Positions 18,101 through 30,960 of a stretch of DNA of 64,000 nt are shown here, piece by piece. The translations under genes were made by a program, and so were the position numbers. The DNA lies in contig CM119267.1 in the NCBI GenBank assembly GCA_051294375.1, forward strand, positions 20,337,476 to 20,401,475, written 5' to 3'. The notes under the pieces were generated by a model, which did not search any database, had not been told where the DNA came from, and saw nothing but the letters and a program-made list of their open reading frames with translations. Source of the stretch: Paraspadella gotoi (Eukaryota > Animalia > Chaetognatha). Numbering within the stretch: position 1 is the first letter of the stretch; each line of letters opens with the position of its first letter.

Positions 18101-21100
18101 GCGGCGCGATGTAGGAGGTGCTATGACGGAAGGGGACACAGTCTCCGGTGGTCGTGCAGCGGGCGCGTGGATGAAGCTGAGGTTGGGGATTAAGATGAAA
18201 CTGTGTAAATTACATTTGAAAACTACAAAATTGAATATAACGAGGCGGAGATCTCATAACGCCAGCAGAAAAAATAGGTGAAACTAATACGGGCCAAATG
18301 AATATTGAATTCACTCTGACTGGAGTAGTGGAAGCAAACTTCTTTAACAAAACTATTAACAAAAAAAAAAATCGTACCACGAGTTCGTTGTTGACGCTGG
18401 CAAATAAATCTTGGAAAAAAGGAAGTTAAATTAATCCCTATGATCGATGACGGTTATTTTAGCTGATTTGAATTGACTCACTGACGCATTGTTCGTCACA
18501 AAGTTCGAACGTCTCGCCGTCGAAGATCACCCGCTCTTTCTCAAGCTCCATCGGAACTGGATCCGCAAACAAGGTCGGAGCCGAGGAGCCTGGGAGAGGA
18601 TGAAAAGGTTGGCCGCCATCCATTTAGGATAACAGCGAACAACCAAGTCAAGAAGAAAGGCATTCACCACTCACCCTCATTCATGTCGAAAAGGTCTTTA
18701 TCGACGGAGACGGGTTGAGGATTGGGTGTAAGGGAGGTCTCAAGTCCCGAAACGCTGGTGCCGGCGATTCCCGGGAGCGGAATGACTTGGGAGGGAGAAC
18801 GCCGATAGTCAACTGGTTAGAGAGAGCGAGGGAAAAATGGCCCAAAAAAAATAATTCGCAAGAACAACGAGCGGTAAACAAAGAAAAGAGAGACAGAAAG
18901 AGAAAGAAAAGAGAGAGAGAGAGAGAAAGAAAGAAAAGAGAGAGAGAGAGAGAAAGAAAGAAAAGAGAGAGGGAAAGAAAAGAGAGAGAGAGAAAAAAAA
19001 AGTCATCCCAAGTTAATCTTGATTAGCTCCTACTAACTCTGAGAGAATAATAATGGGTGTTAAAAAGGAAATGGCTCTCGGCTCGTCTGAGAAACTGGGG
19101 ATAACGATAATGAGGGAGAAAAAGCGATAAAACTTCCCGCTAATGATGAAATTATTCATAACGCTTCTTCGACGTTTCTACAAGGTTTCTCCATCTAAGT
19201 TACCGTTATCAGATTCGGGCTCGGTCGTCGCGAGAGGCCAACGCGACAAAGCGCCGACTCTTTTAAAGTTGACAGATTCGGGAAAGTCGCCACCAGAACT
19301 GATGCAGAAGGAAAGAAAAGGGCGACTAAACTTTTATCCTAATGAATCCTCAATTCCTCATTTTTTTGACTCACCCGATGGGCTTGTTCCTTTTACTCTT
19401 GCCTCTCATATTCTGTTCGGCGTTGAACTCCGAGTCGGCGATGGCCAGAAGCGTCGCCTGCCGCTGCTGCGAAGCCGCCAGGAAAGAATAGTAGACGTCG
19501 TTAACGCTCATCTCTTGGGTGTAAAGGGGCTCGTCTCTGGAGGATAGGGTCATAGATTATTGAAAAAAGGAGAGGAGTGAGGGGAACGAAAATAAGTTTT
19601 AAGAAAGGAGCTCAATTAAAGAATGTTTGAAAAATACTGTTTTCAAGAAAAGGCCTAGCCCTAAGCATAGAAAACCTGGGATCGTCGAGAGACAAGGGAT
19701 CCAACTTTCTGGCGTAAATCTGAAAGGCCCCAAGGTTGTAGAGATCCCTGGCGATTGGATCGGCATCGATCAGATTTTCCCAGTCGGAAGGAAGGCAGTA
19801 TCCTCGGCAGCTGAGAAAGTTGCAGAACCCAGTCGTGGGAAAATCCTGGTAGTCGCGACATTTTCGTTATTGTTTCCAACGTTTTACAGTCGTGGAGAAA
19901 TGTGGTCTGAAATACCTCTCTTCGAGGAACCGGATTGATGACTCGCTGGTAAGCGTCAAAGGACGGAGGAAAACATGGATTGTAATGTATAGTTCCCCAT
20001 CCGCCGATATCACCGAATTCGTAAGTTCTGCAAAAGTAAAAAGTAAACTGGGCATGAGGAACAGAAGGATGAATTTCACAAGTCAAATCCGAAACGACGG
20101 GAAGTGAATTTAAACCTGCGAAAAAGTTCAAGCGCTTGCAACGAAGCACCTCGTACCTCGGAATGGCAATCTTCCCGCGGTTAACGGTGATGAGGTGATC
20201 GATAAATTCGGCTACCAACTCCTTGATGGTGTCTCCTTCGGTGATGACCGTCACTTCACCCGGATTGGCTCGCGTCCGCCGCCTCTCCTCGGGAGCGCCG
20301 GGATAGAGAACGACGCCGCCACGATCGGCGCCGCCCGATTGGTAGTCCATTAGGGCGTCGTTGATGGCGCTGTTGACAGTGGCTCCAATTGCGACGCCCG
20401 TGGACGCTGCCGCCTTGGACGACTTCTTCTTCTTGCGGACGGCGTCGGGATCGTTCTCGATGACCACGTCGACAGTCTCCTGCTGCGCCTGAAAGACGGG
20501 ATCGTCGTCCGCGAAGATGATGCCGTTGGCGTCGCGATCCGCGCGGGTGATCGGGACGTTGGGAACAACAGATGGCAGAGGCCCTCCGGCTCCGACTGGC
20601 CCGCAAGAAATGTCGGATAAATTGTGAGCGCTGGGAAATGGGAGAGGAACGTCGGGCGGCATCGCCGGCGGCTGCGGGTTAGAAACTGAGGGCGGTGGCG
20701 GAAGGGAGGGAGCGGTTGGTTCCGACGGCGCGGCTTCGGACGGAGAACTCGAGATGAGTATGGCCTCCTGTCCCTGAAACAATAGCTGCTCCTCATTGGC
20801 GAAAATGACTTCATCCGCGGATTCCATCGCAGTCTTTGACATCGCAGCCTCTTCGTCGATGACGATGTCAACAGTTTCCGGGTTTGTTTGATAGACGAGA
20901 CCCTCCTCGTCGGCGAAGATGACGTTGTCTCCATCGACGACGCCGGAGCCTAAGGGATTCCGGTCGGCCACGTCGTGTCGGTCTTCAATGACGATGTCGT
21001 CCACCGGGAGGACGACTTCTTCTTCGGCAACGACCACCTCGTCGACTCCATTTTGCGAAGCGGAGGAGAGCAGTTGTGTTCCGAAGACTCGATCCCCGTT

Positions 21101-21448
21101 CGTCGCGCCGATGGAGTCTCCTTGACTCGCCGAAAATCCGTCCTCGATTTCGTCGAAAGCGTCGACGCCGAGTTGGGATTCGAAAACCGAATTGGCGCAA
21201 TCCTCCAACGCTCCGCTGAAGACGCCAATTGACGACATTTGATGGGCGTCACCCGCTCCGTCGGCGCCGCTGCGGTTTTCTCTCGAGTCGTGAACAGTTT
21301 TGCCTTTTAACTCGTCAAGGGCCGCGGGCAACGAAGCGTTGGAGTCTCCCACGGCGGACTCTGCGAAAAGACGGGCCGCGACGCCGTCCCGAGCTACTTG
21401 GCTTGGAAAGCTACTGTTTTCTACGAAAACAACTTCTTCGTCTTCCAT
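15178..21448 (-). CDS. Large multi-exon orphan protein, acidic/disordered, with C-terminal basic NLS-like tail
   Basis: ATG at 21448. About 14 exons join in phase except one apparent 1-nt deletion at ~17687. Last exon EILTRGKRKLTKAEPDPTKRKKYRLR*, TAA at 15178-15180. No family recognised. Confidence 0.75.
16870..16942. repeat. Intronic (TAA)n microsatellite
   Basis: Read directly. Confidence 0.9.
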
Positions 21449-21821
21449 TCTTTTTTTTTCTTGGGTAGCTACTTCTCCTTCGATTTTTCAACAACGAAAA
21501 TTCATTTGATTTTATTGCACGAAAAGATTCCTGAAATTATTTTTAAAAAAAGAGCATCATAAAACAATAGGTTTTAAATAGCGCGTCAACGTAGAAACTA
21601 TTTGCCATAAAACCGGATCTTTGTCATCGAGTTACGATTAAAATAATTTAAAAAGTTTTCTACGTAATCAGAAAACAATTTAACTACAATTTTTTTTTTT
21701 TTGCAAAAAAGGCTTTCCCCGCACGAGAGGGAAGCGAGAACGAGTTTGACGCTTGGACGAACGTCTGATACAAAATTAGGTTTAAGATGAGGAATCAAAA
21801 GAGAAAAATCTGCGCGATCAT

Positions 21822-24782
21822 TTATTTGTTCGATCTCCACCAGGACGCGACGGAGGCGGCCGCATTGGAGATGGAGTAGGAAGAGAGTCCGGCGGCCAAC
21901 GTCGAGGATTCTCCTCCGGCAAAACCTAACAAAGATAAATAGAGCCTTAGTTACTCAATTTCGGTCATCGAATGTTTTGGTTTTCTTGTTACACTCTTTA
22001 TCATATACGTTTTATTTCGAATTCAACAAGGTTGATTCAGTACATACAGGAGCATCAAAACAAAGCTAAGTCTAAAGACAAAACAAAGTTAAAGATTGCG
22101 TGAAAACCACCACCACAGACAAAAAAGGTCTAAATTTATTTATTTATTTATCTACTTTTACGTCTAATTAATTTTTTTACCATTTTCACTCTTATTTCGT
22201 TTAACAAGAAGACTCTTTAAAAATAAAAATCCCTCTCGAATAAGACCTTCGTTGAGAGGCAAAGAAGGAATGTTCATGTCGGCGGGGATGTAGTCCCACT
22301 CTCCCGCCGACTCGTCGCGACCAAAGTCGGCATCCGAAGACGACGAAGACGAAGACGAAGACATGTCATCTATGTCGTCGTCAGAGGGCGCGACGATGAC
22401 GACGGACTCTTCCAGGGAATCCAGAAGTGTCTCGTCAATACTGAAGTGGGCGGCAGAACCGAGGCGGGGAGTCACTGAAGGAAGAAATAGGCGAAAGTTC
22501 GAACTAGGAACAAAAGAAAATACTCTCCACCCCTTTCCCCCAACGCCCTACCCCTAACCGGTCTCATTTAAAAGCATCTGGACGTTGTGCATCATTCGCG
22601 AGGGATGCAAAGCTTCGGGAGGGACGTGCTGAGAGAAGCACAGGAATAAGATGTTCGTGTTTAGCTTATTCACGTTTTTTATAAAGGAAGAGACCTGAGA
22701 TGAGAGAAAACAAAAGTAGAGACAAAGAATGACATGAAAGTGAATATGGAAATGAAAAGTAAAGGATTTACAAGAAAATCACTCACCTTGAGCGGTTTGA
22801 TCATGAAGTCTGCGGGGGTAACTTTTTTGGGCGGAATGACGTCGAGGTAAAAAGAGAGGGAGGAGACCAACTGAGCAACCAGAGCAAGAGCGGCGTAGGC
22901 ATTCTGACATTCAATGTGTTACTCGATTTTACATTCAATCATTTGAAGTAAAGCGATAAAGAGATAAGAAGAGAACAAAATATATCTACAAAACTTCCTC
23001 CAAAACTTTTTGTGGGCCACAAAAGTAACAATTCAATTCAATTCCATATCATATCTACGATCTCTCTCACTCGCTCTCACGCTCGTAAACTCCAACCTGC
23101 AAAAGATCCTTCTCGATCCTCGCATCGTCGGCCAAGACGCGCTTCGGGGAGGCGCCGCCGTCGACCGCCACCAACTTCCCCGTCGACGACTTCCGGTCGG
23201 CGGCGATCAACGGCAAGACGTGGGAAAAGTCTCCGCTGGCGGGGACAAGGGGCGCGATAAGGCGGAAGAAGGAACCAGTCATGGGGTCCTGGTTAGAAAA
23301 TCTAATTAATTCGATGAGGATTCTTTCGCATAAATAATTGTTGTTTTCATGTTTGCTGACCTTTACTCGAGTATTATCCTGAGCGTAGATCCACTTGTTG
23401 TCCCAACCGTCGGCGCTCCCCGGCATCACGCTGCTCTCTAAGTGACTCACGATCAAGTCGTCGTCGTCGTCAGCATCGTCGATGTGGTGAAGATCATCGA
23501 CGGTCGAAGGATAGATAGAGAGTCGGTGGTAACTCGGCGTCGGATCCTCGCAGACTAACAAAATGAAGCATTGAGTTTCTACTTTTAACAACAAAGACCA
23601 GTCTCAGTCTCACTCTCTCTTTCTCTCTCGTTAGCACCATGTAACAATTCCGGCGGCGACTCATCATCCGACGAATCGAACCGAATCGACGGGGTCGTCA
23701 AATTCAATTCGCGGCGCGGCTGCGGCCTCTGCGGATGCTCCTCGGGCTGCGTCGCAACCTTCTCCACCTCGACGAAGACAAAAATGTGCGCGACGAGCTC
23801 CTCGATCCTCTTCCGCCGCCAGGCGCCGAGATTTTCCCGCAGAGTCTCAAGTTCTCGGCGCTTAGTTTCTCGGCGCGACACCGTTTGAGTCAGGAAGCGC
23901 GTGATGCGCGCCGTCTTTTCGTCGTGTTTCCGACGCCGCAGGGTTAACTGAGCGGTGTGATCCTTGACTTCGGATACGGAGTCGATGAGGAGTGAATTTT
24001 CGCGTTTGGCTACAAGAAAAGTTTGAATCCTTATTGTGATATTCAACTTAATTCTACATCTCTACTACTAATCACCCTGTTCGACGGCCATCCTTAGAGT
24101 GGCCACCCTTTCCTCCTGCAACGCCGTCCTCGTTCGCGCCGCCAGAAGTCTCGTCTCTCGCGCCACCGACGCCTCTAAGTCCGCCAAGAGTTTCGTCCGT
24201 CGCCGTTTCATCGCCGCCATCTCCTCTTCCAGATCCTTGAAAGCGGCGTGCGGCGATGCTGGAGCGGACGAGACGCTCGTGGAAAAGGCGGAGGAGCGAA
24301 AAAAGTTGCCGGCGTTGACGCAGTCTGAGCAGCAGAAGGCGCGGCGACGACGACAACAACCACGACAATGGAGACCGAGCGAGAGGGAGGAGGAAAAAGA
24401 AAGGGCTTCGCCTGTGGGAGAAAGAAAATGAAAAAGACAGTGAAAAATTGAAGAATGAATGAACGTGAAAGAGGTAATAAAACAGAGACAACATTGACGG
24501 AAGAATAGATGGAAAAAAGAAGTGTTGTACTAAGGCTTATAGCGAATTAAGTTTAACCAATAGGTTCTTTAATCAACTCAGAGAAAATTAATTACCGTGA
24601 CCAATGCCTCCGCCGATTCCCCCGCGGCTCCTATCGGCGTTGGACGACGCCGCGGACGAGGTGGTGGAAACATGAAAATGGGTTGGCGCCAAGAGCGCCG
24701 ATCCGGTGAGACTTTCGTCCACGTCAGACGAATCGAGGTCGTCGACGGACCCCTCGAAGCCGCCGGTGAATCCAGCCATCAT
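21822..24782 (-). CDS. ATG14: Autophagy-related protein 14 (Barkor)
   Basis: Cys pairs HCRGC...CCSDCVNAGNF, coiled coil, LVAHIF, AALALVAQLV..LSFYLDV, KLNTNILFLCFSQHV, EWD, and BATS-like tail AAASVASWWRSNK*. Confidence 0.9.
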
Positions 24783-24970
24783 CTCGGCAACGGAGTAGTC
24801 ACAAATTTCATCGTCCGTCGAACGATCAACGTTGACGATCAATGAAACGTCATCATCGACATTTAATGAATTATCATTTTCTCGTAGTTTCAAGCAGCTA
24901 AAATTTTATAATTATAAAAACCGAGATATAACAGTAATAGAAAAAAGGCTGAACGGATCCCAACAAAGGA

Positions 24971-25490
24971 TCATAACAAAAGGTCGAGCGAATACATCGT
25001 TATTCTTCCGAAAAAATCTGTGCTGGAGCCAAAAAAGATTCGGTACTTGGAGGCAGAAACGCGACGGGTCTTGTCGATCTCAAAGCACTGGAGCTTGCCA
25101 GTGTCTTCAGGATAGAAGTCGAGGAGTGGCTCATAGTCAGAGCTGAAGCAAAAAAAAAAAAAAATTAAAAAGAAAACTAATCAAGAGTCGAAGACCATCA
25201 CAACAAAGTACACAGCACAATACACACCCATCAACTTTAACAGCCTCCAACCGACAATCCCGGCCGACGAATCCGCCCTGGAATCGGAGACGAACTTCCG
25301 CCACCTCCGTAGGCGCCGCGAATTCCACAACGACGAACTGCGGCGTCCCTTGGTCCGAGTTCCAACAGGTCTCCTCGTCGGCGTCGAAGAGATGTCGCTT
25401 GCCGAACTGTTTGGCGTCGCGGTTAAGGACGGAGCTTACTTTGGCGGTGAAAAAGTTGGGGACCGTGACTAGACTCGACCGGGGTTCCAT
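24971..25490 (-). CDS. NR2C2AP: Nuclear receptor 2C2-associated protein (TRA16), 2 exons
   Basis: KVSSVLNRDAKQFGKRHLFDADEETCWNSDQG, FQGGFVG, FYPED, SSTDFFGRITMYSLD. Confidence 0.93.
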
Positions 25491-27442
25491 CCCTTCGTCA
25501 ATGTCAGGTTTTCGTCCGCTTTTAGTTAAAACTCAACAAGAGCAGTTTCATTTTTTTTTTCTGTAGAAACACAAATTGGTTCTATTCGTAATAGATTCTA
25601 GCAACGGAAATGATAATGCAACAACGCACCCAGGTAAAAAAAAAAAACATTCGAACATAAAAAAAAAAAAGAATTTCGCGTCGTTTTTCATTTCTTTCTT
25701 CACTCGCTTCGTATTTTTCGCGCCAAGGCGAAAACGAAAAAAAAACATTTTGAATAAAACAATGACGAAAGGTTTAAACAAGGCGGTTTCAAAACTAAAA
25801 TATTCATATGAAGGGTCCTCATACAAATGTCATATTAATTGCAAGAAAAAGTTAATATTTCCACCTTGAATTTGAGTGCAATAATCGCCACCGTAAAGCA
25901 ACGAGAAAAGCCATTCGATGAAATAAACATCGAAAAATAGAAAAAACCAAATCTCAAAAAAAAAAATAATCGGATAGTATGATGAGAAAAAAAAGGAAGT
26001 AAAGAATACATGATCTCTAATATGAATTTAAGTGAAAAAAGAATGACACGAATCGAAGCGATGAGCAGAAAAAAAAAATAAATGCGGAGAAAAAAGGCAA
26101 AATCAAAAATTACTCAAATTTTTTTTTAGATTATGCACGAAAATTAGTATCTTGGAATATTTTTGGATCCCATTTTTCTCCGCGTTTCGGTGCACGTAGA
26201 CAAGATTGACACCCAGCTAAGGCTCAGAAAATAGGAAGATTACGCTTGTTAAAGGTAAAAACTAAGTCTGATAATGTAGAGAGCAGTAATAAAAAAAATC
26301 GACTAACGTCTGATGTTCTATTCCCTGAATTTTTTAACCCAAGGTCATTACGCCATTTGCCAATTATTATTTTAGTTGGTTCAAATGCACTAAGAAACCC
26401 AGAGGCATTGTTATATTTGAACCGTGAAAAACATTAAAATGTATTACTTGTACATGTAATAATATTAAGTCTAAGATTTGGAAAAAAACCAAAATTATCA
26501 CAATCCAAAGACTAGTCGGACTAATAAAAAAAAATAATTGTTTGAAAAAAATTAAAAGATAAAACTGACTTGACCAGAGTGCTCGTAATCTTCCGAGGTT
26601 CCATGGGCTCAGCTCGTGTCACACGCAAAGACGATTCGCATTGACCGGAATTACTTTTGTCGAGGTCAACGAAAAGAAATCAAATCATTGACGAGTTTCT
26701 CATAGACGTAAATCAAACAAGAGTTAATGACCTCCGTTACGGTATTTATACTGTGCTGTATATTGTACTAACGCGATGGAAAACCCCCGAATTGTTCAAC
26801 AGTTCCGGTTTGTTTCTTGACGACAAAAGAACGTTTCTTGGCGACGCATTTTATGCATGTCTAGTTTTTTTTCTGCTTTTTTTATCAAAAATGATCGACT
26901 CAATTTGCGGGAAAATCATGCGTGAAAGTAGTGAGGGGAAGGAGGGCAAAGAAGAGAGAAGAGAGGAGAAGAGAGGAGAAAAGAAAGAAAAGAAAGAAAA
27001 AGAAGAAAAAGAAGAGTTCAGCCGCTGGTTGCCGGCGTAAATGTATTGCCATTTTACTCACCATTGGCGCAAGGGGTTGTGGAAAGGGCTGTTATCAATT
27101 TCTGTGCCGATTGTAGATGGAAGAAGAGGCAATGCAAAATGCGCAACCATAATAAAGAAAAAGATTTTAATCATGACACTATTGAATGATTCCGCATAAT
27201 AATAATAATAATAATAATAATGTCAATAAAATAAAAATAATATTAAAGTCGTCGCCGTGAGATTGCAGTAAACCGACAAAAAAAGGGGGGAATCTTGAAA
27301 GGATGCGAGAAAGAAAAGCCTACATTGGCGGAAAGGATTCTTGAAACGGATCTTCACACGCCGCGTCTCATGTTCCAAAATCAAAACTTCCCTTTCACAA
27401 CTCCAAATACTTTTCTTGCGTCGCTGCCACGTCCCGGGATCG

Positions 27443-27741
27443 TCAGACGGGGGTGCTGCCGTCGAGAGCCTCCGGGTGTTCGACGTGAGGACGGGCGCCT
27501 CCGCCGCCAGAGTGCGAAGCCGACGCCGTCGCGGCGTTGGTCACGTTGGTGGGGTGGCGCAGCGTCGATCCGAAGGCGGAGCTCGATCTGAACCGTCGAG
27601 ATAAATGCAAGAATGCCAGGAATTTTTTTTTCTCTCTCGAAGAATAATCATCAACTTCCTATTTAGTGTTTGTTTGTTGTTGAAATAAGATATTTTTGCA
27701 ACCATTCCCGCAATTATTTGTTTGCTCTGTTTTCTTTTCAG

Positions 27742-27786
<45 letters not shown>

Positions 27787-30700
27787 AGTGCCTCTTTAAT
27801 CTCTTTCTCTGTTACTGACCCCTGATTGAAACTGTTAGCCGCGGGGCCCCAGATTCTGACGGTGCAATCATCCGAGGCGGAGACGAGCATGGAGGGAAGT
27901 TTCGGATTCCAATGGACGCAGTTCACGGTTCTATTATCAAGGAAAAAATTGCATGGCTCATTTGTCAATCGGCTTTTAGTGAGGAGGGTCTTTTTAATTT
28001 ATATTAAAACCATTATAGTTTAATAAAGATAACCCCCCCCCCCAAGTATATATCGAACCTGGCGTGACCATCGAGAATGGCGACTGGACGCTCCTTTCGC
28101 TTGTGCCAAATGTAGACGCGATTGTCTTCACTGCCTGAGGCCACAAAATCCTGGTTGAGGCCGCCGAAGCAGGAATGGATCGTGTAGAAACCTTGAGTCA
28201 CGCCTTCGCGGGGGAAAGGAAAGGAAATGGAATCCCTCTCTCCTTGAGCATTAAATATCTCTCTCTTCCTTTAAAAGACCTTGAAACTTCCTGACGAGGC
28301 ATCTGTCGGTGAGATCCCACAAGTGAACTCCCTGGGTGGCGACATTTAGAAGACCCAGCCGCCCGGAGGCGTTGAGGGTGAAGGACATGACGGGATGATC
28401 TTCCTGGATGATCTGGTGATCCAAGAGATCGTCAAAGTCGTAGCTAGAAACCAAAAAAAACAAAAATTTAAAATATTAAAACGAGTACAAAAGGTTCGCT
28501 GGCAAATAAAAAAATCCAAAATCGTACCCCTCCGCCCCCCCCCAAAAAAAAAATTGTTTGACGTAAATGGAGCTGAAGAAACGAACCCTCTGATCCTGTG
28601 GTGAGTGTCGGAGGCGAGGACGTTTTTTCCGTCCTTTGCGTAGGCGAGGCATTGAACTCTGACCCCTTCCCACGAGTCCAGAACGGATCCGTCCAAGTCG
28701 CACTGGTAAAATTGACCGCGAGTTCCGCCGGCAACAAACTTTTTTCCTAAATTAAGGGGAAAAAAAAAAAAATCATATTCGCATACGAATGATTTGACTT
28801 TCTGGTGAAAAATGAACTCGGTTTCGAACGACGAAAAGTGAAATTGGCGCGATATACTCGTCTCTCTACTCCCCCCTACATTGACTCACCTTCCGGATGC
28901 CACGAGGCGCAGGTGAGGCTGTCGTCGGGAGAGTGGTTGACCTTAGTCTTGAGTTCCCCCGTTTCCGTGTTCCAAATCCAAAGTTCGGAGGAATCGTCGG
29001 GTCCGCAGACGATGATGAGCTCGTCGTCGGGCGACCAGGCCAGGTAGGCCACGCCGTAGGAATGTCCTGGTACGAGGGTAAGGGAAAGTTCGGTTTTCGG
29101 TCGTATGTCATAAATGATATAAAATTTATTGGATAAAAATAACTTTATCAAGGGAAAAACCAGAAACGCGCTTCACCGTTACTATCCTACTACCCTCTAG
29201 CCTAAAACGGCCTCTCTTTAGACTTAACTATAAAATAATAATTATTGATTTTATTATCGTTCCAAAAAGCGTTTAAAGGCAACGCCAAATTTATCACAAA
29301 AACCCAAGTGACCGTACCTTCGAAGCACCGCCTGTAATGGACTTGGTGCGAGACGAGGTCGACGTCCCAGATGATGAGCGTGCCGTCCTTGGAACCGGTC
29401 GCCAGTTTCCTCCCGTTGTGAGAGAATCTGGCGAACCAGACTTCGTCGCCGTGTTCCGAGAGGATTTGCGTCGTCGTCCCGGGAAACTGCTCTCGAGAGC
29501 AGATGTGGTCGAGGAGAAGCGAGACGCTTTCGAGGTCGCATGAATCTTCTTGGGTGTTGTGGAAGGGGCAACCATCCTTCTGCCGCTCGATGGCTTGGGT
29601 CAAGAGGGTCTTCAGGCGGTTGGGGGGAAGCATCACAGAAGCGGGAAGGAATGCCTGGATGGTAGAGAAGACTCGGTGCGAGATTATTCATTATCAGAGA
29701 ATTGAATATAATTGATAAAATATAAGTAATAAAACAAAAGATCCGATAAATCACGCACCACCTGCAAGTATTCCATGAGTTTCTTCCTGGAGGAAAGACC
29801 TTTGCCCTCCCATCTGGCCATAGACTTTAAATCGTCGGCGTTGGCGCACATCATGAAAGTGGATAGTTGGTGGACGCGGTTAGTGTTGTACTTCAACGGG
29901 GTCAGCTCCTTCAAAAAATCATCAATAAAGTAACTGTACTGACACGATGGAGACGAGCGGCAAAGGCCCGGCACGGACGCATTAACCACTCGGAAGCTCC
30001 ACAAATGAGCAAACTCACCTGTCGCAGACAAGTCAGTGCCTCCATCACGTGACCTTCCTCCAAAAACTCCAAGTATTTTTGCTCCAACATGAGAAACTTC
30101 ATTTTGAGAATGCCTGAATAGAATATGGCGGGGGCCTTAAAACCCGAAAAGGGAAAAAAACAAAGCCCCGCCCCAATCAAGGGCCTCACCCTCAGGATCC
30201 TCGATTAGAGTCTTGAGCTCGTTTAAATCCTCGTCCGCTTTGTCCCATCGTCCCTCCATCACGTGATTTCGGAACTGAGCTGAAAATGGAAACGAGGAGA
30301 GAATTGACAAAGGAAAAGGAGATTGGATGGTGACGACCAGCTCGTTCTTTACCTGCGGAAGGATGTTCGAGTTTACAGCCCGATTCTCTGGTGAGCAAAT
30401 CGACGGTGTGGTCCAGCCCAAGACCCTTTAAGTGTTGACCTAAGTTGTGGCAAACGAAACGAAAATAACATCAAATTCCGAAAGTTCGAATAAAATTGAC
30501 TTTGTAAATGAAAAAGAGGAAGCACCGATCAATCGAATAATGTCCCGCTCGGTTTTTGAGGTGATCTTTTTGGAGACGAGGCTGTGGCGAAGTTCCTCCA
30601 GAGAACCAAAGTTCTGTCCGTTCTCGAGGCATCCGTTCTCTCGATTGTCCATGGATCGGTTCGACGACGACGAGGAGGAAGACGACGACGAAGTCGAAGA

Positions 30701-30960
30701 CGAATCGGAATCCTGGGATCGACGAATTATTAAACGATGTATAAATATTAAATAAACAAAAAAATATTTTCGGCGTACCCTGGACGACCCGTCTCTCGAT
30801 GAATGTGGTCCGGCTCCATTGCGTTGTAGAATCGAATGGTTGTCGCCCCTGACAAATCGAAATAGGATTTTAAAATTGTGATCGAGGATCGCGGACGTCG
30901 CGAGGAAAGCGAGACTCACCTTCCGTCGCCGCTTCTCCCGCCTTCGCCAGAATTTGACAT
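27443..30960 (-). CDS. WDR26: WD repeat protein 26 (CTLH/GID7), from first in-frame ATG
   Basis: LisH/CTLH IIRLIGQHL...[35 protein letters not shown]40 repeats HGDEVWF..FSHNG and [13 protein letters not shown]; all introns in phase. Confidence 0.96.

Noticed and set aside
27742-27783. Poly(A) run as a retro-insertion tail
   Set aside because: Lies in a WDR26 intron as poly(T) on the sense strand, with no adjacent element or TSD.
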